Assembly: GCA_965216465.1 (NCBI GenBank)
Contig: CBDCFW010000005.1
Location: 256,001-320,000 of the forward strand
DNA: 64,000 bases
Source: Bacteroidia bacterium
Lineage (GTDB): Bacteria; Bacteroidota; Bacteroidia; NS11-12g; UBA9320
Direction: 5' to 3'
Part shown: one piece after another, positions 49,288-58,729 of the stretch
Numbering within the stretch: position 1 is the stretch's first letter
Layout of the letters: the number at the start of each line of letters is the position of its first letter
Program-made: the position numbers and the translations under genes
Notes under the pieces: generated by a model
Databases searched by the model: none
What the model was told of the DNA's origin: nothing
Seen by the model: the letters and a program-made list of their open reading frames with translations, nothing else

Positions 49288-50055
49288 ATGGCTCAGAAAA
49301 CAGCACTTATTACAGGTACGACATCCGGAATTGGAGAAGCAACTGCGATACTATTGGCTCAACAAGGCTATAGAATTATTTTAAATGGCCGTAGAGAATC
49401 TAGATTAAATGAGCAGGCTAAGATGTTAAGCGATCAGTTTAACTGCGAAACTTTGATCATGCCAGTTGACGTTCGAAATCAAGAAGATGTTGATTCTTTT
49501 ATTAAGCACTTACCTGAAAATTGGAGTAGCATTGATGTTTTGGTTAACAATGCTGGGCTTGCAGCCGGTTTGGAGTCACTTGAAGATGGTGACATCGACA
49601 ACTGGAATCGCATGATTGACACGAATATTAAAGGTTTACTATTCATGACCAAGAGTATGATTCCTATTTTACGTCAATCAAAAGGACATATCGTAAACAT
49701 TGGCTCTATCGCTGGCAAAGAAGTCTACCCAAATGGTAATGTATACTGTGGCACCAAACATATGGTTGATGCTTTAAATAAAGCCATGAGGCGAGAACTT
49801 GCCGAAGCTGGTATCAAGGTGTCAAGTGTTAATCCTGGAGCTGTAGAAACCGAATTCTCAATCGTACGTTTAAATGGCGATGAAGACAGGGCTAAATCGG
49901 TTTACGAAGGATTTGAAAACCTTGTTGCAGGAGATATCGCAGACGCAATCTGGTACGTAATAAGTAGACCACGTCATGTAAATATTAATGAATTAATTAT
50001 CATGCCAACAGCACAACCCGCTGCTGGTGTTGTTATCAAGAATAAAGGACTTTAA
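49288..50055 (+). CDS. Short-chain dehydrogenase (YdfG-like)
   Basis: TGTTSGIG, NNAG, GSIAG, YCGTK, PGAVETEFS. Confidence 0.93.
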   Translation: MAQKTALITGTTSGIGEATAILLAQQGYRIILNGRRESRLNEQAKMLSDQFNCETLIMPVDVRNQEDVDSFIKHLPENWSSIDVLVNNAGLAAGLESLEDGDIDNWNRMIDTNIKGLLFMTKSMIPILRQSKGHIVNIGSIAGKEVYPNGNVYCGTKHMVDALNKAMRRELAEAGIKVSSVNPGAVETEFSIVRLNGDEDRAKSVYEGFENLVAGDIADAIWYVISRPRHVNINELIIMPTAQPAAGVVIKNKGL

Positions 50056-50864
50056 TATCCTGCGGCCCCTGTAAGTCGAGTATCTCTTGAGTGTACCGAC
50101 ATTACCGGTATTGGACTACTGTTAACAAGTTGCTGCGAGTAAGAATCCATAAATACTCCTGCACTTTCCGTCTCTGTCATAATTAACATTAATCCAGCAT
50201 TTACCTTCTCGCCATACTCTATACAAGTCTCAGGAACCTTAACTCCATACTCATTGCTTACGGTGTATTTAATTCCTCGCTCAGACAAATATCTTTCTGT
50301 TTGTCTGATATAAGAATTAACATGATGCATGGTATCTTTTGATTTACCTTTTGAAACCCCTAGAATATGAACAGTTGACCCAAAAGCTTGAGCTAGCAGT
50401 GAAGCGTAAGGAACCTTTTGACGAGACGCAGACGAATCGGCAAGAGGCAGCAAAATGTTGTCAAATGACATTTCAGATGCCTTTTCTTGAGTACAAATAA
50501 CTGGGCAGGTAGAACTACTAATCACTTTAAACGCGTTGCTTCCCATCCAAAATGGTTGCCAGCCTTTTTTACCGTGAGACCCTACCAAAATAAGATCGTA
50601 ATCCCCTTCTTTCTCCAATTTAATTACTTCGCTATGAACCTTTCCTTGCTTCTCTACAATGCTTAATTCAGTACCTTTTGAAGATGCAAAATCTTCAAGA
50701 AACTTTTTTGAATCTGCAAATTCTGCCTCGTTCCCCGACGATACAAAAAGTGCAGTAATTTCTGACCCGAATTTAGATGATATGTCACATGCTTTTTGCA
50801 ATGCGACTCGTGATGCCTCGCTGTTGTCGAAGGCTAAGAGAATTTTTTTGAAAGCCCTATCCAT
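50052..50864 (-). CDS. Tandem-domain universal stress protein
   Basis: KILLAFDNS, LILVGSHG, GSNAFKV, CPVI; second domain NILLPL...PVMSV. Confidence 0.92.
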   Translation of the reverse strand: MDRAFKKILLAFDNSEASRVALQKACDISSKFGSEITALFVSSGNEAEFADSKKFLEDFASSKGTELSIVEKQGKVHSEVIKLEKEGDYDLILVGSHGKKGWQPFWMGSNAFKVISSSTCPVICTQEKASEMSFDNILLPLADSSASRQKVPYASLLAQAFGSTVHILGVSKGKSKDTMHHVNSYIRQTERYLSERGIKYTVSNEYGVKVPETCIEYGEKVNAGLMLIMTETESAGVFMDSYSQQLVNSSPIPVMSVHSRDTRLTGAAGY

Positions 50865-50912
50865 ATATTATTTTGTTTTAGTTTGCGCTAAAGTTAACAC
50901 TAATTTTCGAAA

Positions 50913-51410
50913 ATGAAAAATTTGAACAAAGCCCTTTTACTACTGATTATAAGTGTTTTATTTCTTAACTGTTCGGGTCCGAAATCTCCATCTTTCAAAA
51001 AACTTGAGAATGTTGAAGTGACCCCAAATGATCAAGAACACATCTCATTAAAAGCGGATGCCATTTATCACAATCCAAATCCTGTTGGTGGCATGCTAAC
51101 CTATTCCGACATAACCATCTCCATCGATGGCGTTGAGGTTAGTCATATTAAACAAGAACACGCAATTGCTGTACCCCAATCTCAAGACTTTGCAGTTCCA
51201 ATCTTGATTGATATAAACGGCAAAAAAGTCTTAGAAGAAAACAAAGGCTTTTTAAAGAATACAATTAAGCAATTCCTCACCAAAAAACTAGAATTGACCT
51301 ACAAGGGGACCGTAACTATTCAGGTAATGAACATCGAATTCGATGTTCCAATCGACTATACTGAAAATGTAAGCTTTGGGCTTAAATACAACGAGGCCGA
51401 AAAAGAGTAA
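50913..51410 (+). CDS. LEA type 2 (WHy) domain lipoprotein
   Basis: Lipobox FLNC; HNPN motif; YKGTV. Confidence 0.82.
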   Translation: MKNLNKALLLLIISVLFLNCSGPKSPSFKKLENVEVTPNDQEHISLKADAIYHNPNPVGGMLTYSDITISIDGVEVSHIKQEHAIAVPQSQDFAVPILIDINGKKVLEENKGFLKNTIKQFLTKKLELTYKGTVTIQVMNIEFDVPIDYTENVSFGLKYNEAEKE

Positions 51411-54400
51411 CTAGTTAAACTTAAATGGCATTTCAAGTGCCTCAAGTTTATTTCGCGTTATCTCGTCCATTTGCAATCGATAACGTTCTGAACTTGCTTT
51501 CACTTCTTTACCATTATCAGTGATCTTAAATGCAAGCTTCACCTTTCCTCTTTCATCAACAAGTTCAAATAAGTTAGCCATCAACTCTTCTGTAATATCA
51601 GCTGCATTAACCTTAATCGTAACCTGTTTCAATTGATTCTCAACGGCATCTGCAAGAAATGAAATGTCTTTAATATTCAAGTCAAGCTTGCTTCGATCTC
51701 GATAGCTTCTCTCTCCTACCGTTGTAATAAATATCTGGGCATTCAATTCTAAGAATCCCTTGAATGATGCATACTTCTCTCCGAACAACATAAACTCACG
51801 CGATCCTGAGAAATCCTCGACGTTTATTATCGCATACGGTTTACCATTTTTTGAGACCGAATCACGAACACTTGTTATAAGTCCCGCTACTTTAATTTCC
51901 TTGTCTAAAAGATCAAATCCAGCATCTTCTAAATCAACCAATTGATGGGTTGTAAAATGATCTATTTCAAATTTGAACTTGCTTAAAGGGTGTCCGGATA
52001 TATAAATCCCGACAAGCTCCTTTTCTCGTTGAAGCTTTTCCATTAAAGTCCAATCGTCAATAGTTGGCAAATCGGGTTCCTTAATTTCTAAATCTGCTGA
52101 GTCACCAAATAAGGAAGACTGACTGTTCAATGTATCGTTCTGTACTTGGTTACCGTACTTTATCGCCATGCTAATTCCAGTACCTTGTTGCACTTCTGTA
52201 ACATAAGATGACCGGTTAGAACCAAATTCATCAAACGCACCCGCTATCGCTAAATTTTCTAATGACTTTTTATTAACTACACGTTGGTTCACACGCTTAC
52301 ACAATTCAAACAAACTGGTGTATTCGCCTGTTTCTTTTCGTTCACGAATAATTTCTTTCGCTGCAGTATCACCTACCCCTTTAATTGCTCCCAAACCAAA
52401 TCGAATAGCTCCATCCTTATTCACGCTAAACTTGCTCGCACTTTCATTAACACTCGGACCTAAAATTGGAATATTCTGACGCTTACATTCATCCATAAAG
52501 AAACTCACTTTCTTTATATCATTCATATTGTGCGTTAATACTGAAGCCATAAATTCTGCAGGATAATGTGCTTTCAAGTAACCAGTATGAAAGGCAAGAT
52601 AAGCATAGCAAGTACTGTGGCTTTTATTAAAAGCGTACGAAGCAAATGCTTCCCAATCCTTCCAAACCTTCTTCAGTGTATCTTCAGCATGCCCGTTACC
52701 AACACCTTGTTCAATGAATAAATCAAAGAGTTTATTCATCTCCTCAATTTTTTTCTTACCCATTGCCTTTCTCAAACTATCGGCTTGACCCTTGGTGAAA
52801 TTTGCCAGCTTTTGGGACAATAACATCACCTGCTCTTGGTAAACTGTAATTCCATAGGTGTCAGAAAGATATTCCTCCATATCAGCCAGGTCATATACAA
52901 TCTCTTCTCTACCATGCTTACGGGCAATAAAGTTCTTAATGTAATCCATCGGACCAGGTCGATATAAGGCGTTCATGGCAATCAAATCTTCAAACTTATC
53001 GGGTTTGAGCATTTTGAGATTTTTCTGCATTCCTGGACTCTCAAACTGAAACACTCCATTGGTATTCCCTTTGGCGAATAGTTCTAAAGTTTTAGGATCG
53101 TCTAATGGAATTTCATCTGGAACAATTTCAACTCCATGCTTGTCTTTTATGATTTCAACAGCATCTTTGATTATGGTTAATGTTTTTAGCCCCAAGAAAT
53201 CCATTTTCAGAAGGCCTGCACTTTCAACAACGCTATTGTCAAACTGGGTTACCAAAAGGTCAGAATCTTTTGCAACTGTAACAGGAATGTACTTGGTAAT
53301 TTCATCGGGAGTAATAATTACCCCACAGGCATGAATCCCGGTGTTTCGAACAGACCCTTCGAGTCGCTTTGCGGTTTGAATCATCTTGCCAATGTCATCT
53401 TTACCCTCGGCTAACTTTCTAAAATCTTCAGCCGCTTGCACATCTTCTGAGTTTAGGTCACCTTTCAACTTAGGATCGACTCCATTCTCAGCTAAAACCT
53501 TATTCAAGTTTGCTTTTAAGTGCTTTGGAAACGTTTTCGCAACTCGATCCACTTCGGGTAAAGGAACATCCAGCACTCTACCTACATCCCTCAGAGAGGA
53601 ACGTGCTGCCATCGAACCATAGGTAATAATTTGTGCAACTTGTTTTTGACCGTATTTATCTACTACATAGTCAATTACCTTTTGTCTTCCTTCGTCATCA
53701 AAGTCAATATCTATATCAGGCATTGACACCCTTTCAGGATTCAAGAAACGCTCAAAAAGTAGATTGTATGCAATCGGGTCAACATTGGTTATACCAAGGC
53801 AATATGCTACGGCTGATCCTGCCGCCGACCCTCTCCCAGGTCCAACCGACACACCCATATCTCTTGCAACGCTAGTAAAGTCCTGTACAATTAGGAAGTA
53901 ACCTGGATAGCCACTGGCTGCAATAACCGATAGCTCAAAGTTAAGTCGCTCTTCAATATCTGCTGTTATCTCTTTATATCGACGTTTAGCTCCCTCGAAA
54001 GTCAGGTATTTTAAATACTCATCTTGGGTTTTAAATCCTTGCGGCAATACATAGTTTGGAAGCAGCACATCCCGGCTTAATTTAGGTGTTTCAATGCTGT
54101 CAACTATGATGTTGGTATTGTCTAAGGCTTCGGGAATATCGGCGAATAATCTTCCCATCTCCTCCTGCGTTTTGAAGAAGAACTCGTTGTTCGGAAAAGC
54201 AAAACGCTTTCCTTTTCCAAAACCTTTCGGGTCGCTGATTTTAGATCCGGTGTTGATACAAAGCAAAATGTCGTGAGGCATTGCATCGTCTTCTTCCATG
54301 TAGTGGGAGTCGTTCGTTGCAATAACATTCAAATTGTATTTGGCCGCGAACTTCATCAACACTTGATTTACATCTTCTTGACTCTTCCCAGTACCATCGA

Positions 54401-54950
54401 TATTCTCTAATCCATGTCGTTGTAGTTCAATGTAGAAGTCTTCACCAAAAATGTCGATGTATTCCTTCAGAAGAATTTCTGCTTCTTCTTCTCCCTTAAA
54501 TAAAATAGCTTGAGGAATTTCAGCACCAATACAACACGAAGTTGCGATAAGACCTTCACTGTATTTCTTTAGGATAGTTTTATCGATACGTGGATATTTC
54601 CCGTATAAGCCTTCGGTATAGCCAAGTGAACACAGCAAAGAAATATTTTCATAGCCTTTTTGGTTTTTGGCAAGAATGAGCTGATGATAGCGCTTATCTT
54701 TTGTGTCTCCAACGAACGATCTTCGTGTTCGGTCTTCGACCATATAGAACTCACAGCCCACAATAGGCTTAACACCATGCTTCAATCCTGAGTTCACAAA
54801 TTTAAATGCCCCAAACATGTTACCGTGATCAGTAAGTGCAACCGCACGCATTCCATCGGCTTTGGCTTTGGCAAACATGTCATCAATTCGAGCCGCTCCG
54901 TCTAAGAGCGAAAATTGGCTGTGGCAATGTAAATGTGAAAATGAAGGCAT
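51411..54950 (-). CDS. dnaE: DNA polymerase III alpha subunit
   Basis: PHP HLHCHSQFSLLDG, GRGSAAGS, PDIDIDF, KMDFLGL, YAFNKSH; likely start ATG 54950. Confidence 0.98.
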   Translation of the reverse strand: MPSFSHLHCHSQFSLLDGAARIDDMFAKAKADGMRAVALTDHGNMFGAFKFVNSGLKHGVKPIVGCEFYMVEDRTRRSFVGDTKDKRYHQLILAKNQKGYENISLLCSLGYTEGLYGKYPRIDKTILKKYSEGLIATSCCIGAEIPQAILFKGEEEAEILLKEYIDIFGEDFYIELQRHGLENIDGTGKSQEDVNQVLMKFAAKYNLNVIATNDSHYMEEDDAMPHDILLCINTGSKISDPKGFGKGKRFAFPNNEFFFKTQEEMGRLFADIPEALDNTNIIVDSIETPKLSRDVLLPNYVLPQGFKTQDEYLKYLTFEGAKRRYKEITADIEERLNFELSVIAASGYPGYFLIVQDFTSVARDMGVSVGPGRGSAAGSAVAYCLGITNVDPIAYNLLFERFLNPERVSMPDIDIDFDDEGRQKVIDYVVDKYGQKQVAQIITYGSMAARSSLRDVGRVLDVPLPEVDRVAKTFPKHLKANLNKVLAENGVDPKLKGDLNSEDVQAAEDFRKLAEGKDDIGKMIQTAKRLEGSVRNTGIHACGVIITPDEITKYIPVTVAKDSDLLVTQFDNSVVESAGLLKMDFLGLKTLTIIKDAVEIIKDKHGVEIVPDEIPLDDPKTLELFAKGNTNGVFQFESPGMQKNLKMLKPDKFEDLIAMNALYRPGPMDYIKNFIARKHGREEIVYDLADMEEYLSDTYGITVYQEQVMLLSQKLANFTKGQADSLRKAMGKKKIEEMNKLFDLFIEQGVGNGHAEDTLKKVWKDWEAFASYAFNKSHSTCYAYLAFHTGYLKAHYPAEFMASVLTHNMNDIKKVSFFMDECKRQNIPILGPSVNESASKFSVNKDGAIRFGLGAIKGVGDTAAKEIIRERKETGEYTSLFELCKRVNQRVVNKKSLENLAIAGAFDEFGSNRSSYVTEVQQGTGISMAIKYGNQVQNDTLNSQSSLFGDSADLEIKEPDLPTIDDWTLMEKLQREKELVGIYISGHPLSKFKFEIDHFTTHQLVDLEDAGFDLLDKEIKVAGLITSVRDSVSKNGKPYAIINVEDFSGSREFMLFGEKYASFKGFLELNAQIFITTVGERSYRDRSKLDLNIKDISFLADAVENQLKQVTIKVNAADITEELMANLFELVDERGKVKLAFKITDNGKEVKASSERYRLQMDEITRNKLEALEMPFKFN

Positions 54951-55087
54951 TAAATCGTTCTGTTTGTACAAGTATAATTAAAATACAAAGTGAATTTCAG
55001 ATAGTTTTATTCAAGATTTTAAGAATTTATAGACGACTACAAATAATTAATTCTTAAACTTTATAATTGTTTCAATTTAAACAATAA

Positions 55088-56029
55088 ATGAAGAAGATTG
55101 TATCGTATATCAAGGCCTACTACAAAGACCACTTCAATTGGTACGAATTCATCTTTGCACTCCTGTTTATAGCAGGATTTGTTTACCTAAATTATGGAAC
55201 ATCTCATATTCGTGATTTATGGAGAGAAAGTTATTGGGATGGACACTATTATCACTTTCAATTTATACTCTATCTTTCACCTATAATCATTGGATACCTT
55301 TCTAGTTCCTTGTTTAACAGGCATTGGGAAATCTGGACCAACTGGAAGTTCTGGCTGCTTATAATTTTAGCTGCTGGTGTTTTTTCTTTCAGAGGAACAG
55401 TTCACTTCATGACTTCATCATGGTTTGAAAGCTTACGAAGCCACGAACATTACAATTGGATTCGATCAGTCATTGGCACCATTATGCGAAGTGCAGCACT
55501 GCTTGTTCCGATAGCGATATACTGGCTCATTTTTGACCGTAAAAAGCGGCGATATTATGGTTTCACTCTGAAAAATTTTGATACAAAACCTTACTTCGCG
55601 ATGCTAGCAATTATGCTGCCCCTTATCGTTTTAGCCAGTACTCAAAGTGACTTTTTAGGTGCATATCCACGTGGTCAAAAGTTTCATTCTTTAGCCATAG
55701 AAAATAGCGAACATTGGAAATATTTTGGTTTGTACGAATTGGTTTATGGCCTTGACTTTATTAGCATTGAGTTTTTCTTTAGAGGATTCATGATTTTGGC
55801 TTTTGTTGCCATTGCTGGACCACGAGCAATTTTACCCATGGCTGTTTTTTACGTTGTAATTCATTGGGGTAAACCAGCTGGAGAATTGGTGAGCTCCTTT
55901 TTTGGTGGGACGCTTTTGGGCATTATTGCTTATTACAGCGAATCAATAATAGGAGGTATTATAGTACATATGGGCATCGCTTGGATGATGGAAATTGGAG
56001 CATTAGTCGGTCATTATTTTAATTCATGA
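55088..56029 (+). CDS. CPBP/Abi family intramembrane metalloprotease
   Basis: Multi-TM; EFFFRG, IHWGKP, VHMG. Confidence 0.85.
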   Translation: MKKIVSYIKAYYKDHFNWYEFIFALLFIAGFVYLNYGTSHIRDLWRESYWDGHYYHFQFILYLSPIIIGYLSSSLFNRHWEIWTNWKFWLLIILAAGVFSFRGTVHFMTSSWFESLRSHEHYNWIRSVIGTIMRSAALLVPIAIYWLIFDRKKRRYYGFTLKNFDTKPYFAMLAIMLPLIVLASTQSDFLGAYPRGQKFHSLAIENSEHWKYFGLYELVYGLDFISIEFFFRGFMILAFVAIAGPRAILPMAVFYVVIHWGKPAGELVSSFFGGTLLGIIAYYSESIIGGIIVHMGIAWMMEIGALVGHYFNS

Positions 56030-58116
56030 CCCCATTTCTAAAAACAGAAATACAATTCCTTAAAGGTGTAGGCCAAGTTCGGGCTGAAATACTCAATAAA
56101 GAATTGGGCATCTTCACTTTCGAAGATCTACTTCTTCACTACCCTTTCAGATATGTCGATCGCCGGCACTTTCAAAATGTTGCTGACTTAACTCATGATG
56201 TTAACGAACTCGTTCAGCTAAAAGGAAGAATAATTCATTTAGAAGAAGTTGGCTTTAAGCATAAAAGCCGACTAGTTGCTACGTTTTACGACGGAACGGG
56301 AGAAATAGACTTGGTATGGTTTAAAGGAACCAAGTGGCTAAAGGCCAACATTGTGATAAATGATGAAATTGTAATCTTCGGAAAGCCAACGTATTTCAAG
56401 AATAAGATTAGCATGAATCATCCAGAGATGGAACCCTTCGCAAAACGTGCTCAAAACATAGCAATGGAACCGGTTTATACCGTGACGGAAACCATGCGAA
56501 ATAGGAGGTTTGAATCGAAGCAACTGAGGCAGGTTATTCAAAATCTTTTAGAACACGAAGCTTTTAATGTTCCTGAGTTTTATACCGATGAAATGCGTAA
56601 GACATACAAATTGGTAGATCGAAGTCAAGCCTTTCGATTTATACATAGACCTCCGAGTCCTCGACACGCTGACGCAGCTCGATATCGTCTAAAATTTGAA
56701 GAACTTTTCTTCTTACAGCTACCATTTTTAAGACAAAAACTGCTAAGAAACGATGCTCACCTTGGAATTCCTTTTGAACCCATTTCTCCTCTTTTTCAAA
56801 AGTTTTGTGAGAAACATTTGCCTTTTGAACTTACAAATGCTCAGGTAAAAGTGCTTCAAGAAATAAAAACAGATCTATGTTCAGGCAATCAAATGAATCG
56901 GCTATTACAGGGTGATGTTGGTAGCGGTAAAACCATTGTTGCTTTTTTATCTGTTCTAATGGCCATTGACAATCGTTGTCAAGCTAGTATCATGGCTCCA
57001 ACAGAGATATTAGCCACTCAGCACTATTTGGGTCTGAAAGAAATGGCAGAAGCAATTGGAATTCAAATCGCTTTATTAACGGGGTCTACTCCGACTTCCG
57101 AGCGAAAGGAACTTCATCGATTATTGAGGCTTGGAGAAATCCATTTACTTATTGGCACCCATGCACTAATCGAAGAAGTCGTTCAATTTCAAAACTTAGG
57201 CTTAGTTATTATTGATGAGCAACATCGTTTTGGTGTGGCACAACGTGCCAAACTTCAGTCTAAAGGACAAAAACCTCCTCACGTTTTGGTTATGACCGCG
57301 ACTCCTATTCCCCGAACGTTAGCGATGAGTTTGTATGGCGATTTGGACTATAGTGTTATTGACGAACTGCCTGCAGGGCGAAAGGCGATTAAAACAGTTC
57401 ATCGTTTTGGATTTGCACGAACCAAGGTTTGGGAGTTTATAAAAGATCAGATAGCCAAAGGCCGCCAAGCGTATATTGTTTACCCTCTAATAGAAGAATC
57501 AGAAAAGCTGCATTATCGTGATCTCAATAACGGCTACGATGATCTGCTACAATTTTTTCCACGACCAGAATATCAGGTAGATATGCTTCATGGCAAGATG
57601 AAAGCCAAGGATAAAGAAGCTGTTATGCAACGCTTTAAAAATGGAGAAAGCCATATTGTCGTGAGCACCACGGTTATTGAAGTGGGTATAAATGTTCCTA
57701 ACGCGAGTATCATGGTCATAGAGAGTTCTGAAAAGTTTGGACTATCACAGCTCCACCAGCTGCGGGGTCGTGTAGGACGAGGTGCTGAACAAAGTTACTG
57801 CATCTTACTCAGCTCCAAAAAACTTAGCGACAATGCCAAAACCAGATTAAAGGCTATGGTAAAAACAAACAGTGGCTTTGAATTAAGTGAAATTGACATG
57901 CAACTCCGCGGTTTTGGAGATATCGCAGGCACCCGCCAAAGCGGTTTAGAACAACTCAAATTGGCATCCTTGGGTACCGATTCTGACATTGCTCAAAACG
58001 CAAGAAAATCATTAATCGAATTGTTGTCCAATGACCCAGAACTTGAAAAAAATCCAAAATTATTAACCCATATTCGCCAGAATAGGGAGTTTAAGGATTG
58101 GATTAAAATTGCATAA
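56026..58116 (+). CDS. recG: ATP-dependent DNA helicase RecG
   Basis: QGDVGSGKT, DEQHRFGV, MTATPIPR, QLRGRVGRG. Confidence 0.98.
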   Translation: MTPFLKTEIQFLKGVGQVRAEILNKELGIFTFEDLLLHYPFRYVDRRHFQNVADLTHDVNELVQLKGRIIHLEEVGFKHKSRLVATFYDGTGEIDLVWFKGTKWLKANIVINDEIVIFGKPTYFKNKISMNHPEMEPFAKRAQNIAMEPVYTVTETMRNRRFESKQLRQVIQNLLEHEAFNVPEFYTDEMRKTYKLVDRSQAFRFIHRPPSPRHADAARYRLKFEELFFLQLPFLRQKLLRNDAHLGIPFEPISPLFQKFCEKHLPFELTNAQVKVLQEIKTDLCSGNQMNRLLQGDVGSGKTIVAFLSVLMAIDNRCQASIMAPTEILATQHYLGLKEMAEAIGIQIALLTGSTPTSERKELHRLLRLGEIHLLIGTHALIEEVVQFQNLGLVIIDEQHRFGVAQRAKLQSKGQKPPHVLVMTATPIPRTLAMSLYGDLDYSVIDELPAGRKAIKTVHRFGFARTKVWEFIKDQIAKGRQAYIVYPLIEESEKLHYRDLNNGYDDLLQFFPRPEYQVDMLHGKMKAKDKEAVMQRFKNGESHIVVSTTVIEVGINVPNASIMVIESSEKFGLSQLHQLRGRVGRGAEQSYCILLSSKKLSDNAKTRLKAMVKTNSGFELSEIDMQLRGFGDIAGTRQSGLEQLKLASLGTDSDIAQNARKSLIELLSNDPELEKNPKLLTHIRQNREFKDWIKIA

Positions 58117-58635
58117 TTACAGAGCCTCTATCATCTGTTTTAGCGTTTCGTATTGAAAATCTGCTCTCGTTTTTGACCCTTCTTTATTGTAAAGATAAAT
58201 TCTCATTAACGGACTTTTAGCTATGATGGTAGTATGTACAATGAGCTTTGATCTTGTGCTATCGATTGCTTCAAAGTGCATTTCTGATTCAATCTCCATA
58301 AAGTCTTTTACTACACCCTTAAATGCATATAACTTTCCTTCCTCATAACCGGTTACCGTTTCTTGCATTACCATCTTTTGGCCTTCTTCATTAAAAGTCA
58401 CTTCATACTTGCTCCCTACTTCTCCATTTCCTTTAACTAATTTGACCGATTCACAACCTTCTAGCCACTCTCCCATTCGATCAGGATCCATTGCAACATC
58501 CCAAGTGCTCGATACTGGAGCATTAATTTCCTTCTTGATATTGTAATGAATATTCTTCGGAGCGAAAACAATCAGTCCTCCAAAAGCCACTACCAAAAAC
58601 AGAACAAAAATTCCTACATATTTCACAAACTTCAT
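58117..58635 (-). CDS. Membrane-anchored SRPBCC family protein
   Basis: N-terminal TM; INAPVSSTW, DPDRMGEW; -7 box at 58640-58647. Confidence 0.82.
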   Translation of the reverse strand: MKFVKYVGIFVLFLVVAFGGLIVFAPKNIHYNIKKEINAPVSSTWDVAMDPDRMGEWLEGCESVKLVKGNGEVGSKYEVTFNEEGQKMVMQETVTGYEEGKLYAFKGVVKDFMEIESEMHFEAIDSTRSKLIVHTTIIAKSPLMRIYLYNKEGSKTRADFQYETLKQMIEAL

Positions 58636-58729
58636 GTAACAAAGTTAGCTTTTTGCCAATCAACGCATTTAACAATATTGATTTTTTTCACTAACTTACA
58701 CCCCAACTAATCTTATAACTATTAACAAA

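Noticed and set aside
51411-54950. Intein or fused exonuclease in dnaE
   Set aside because: Length and motifs are continuous; no intein ends or LAGLIDADG; starts directly with the PHP domain. Nested ORFs are shadows.
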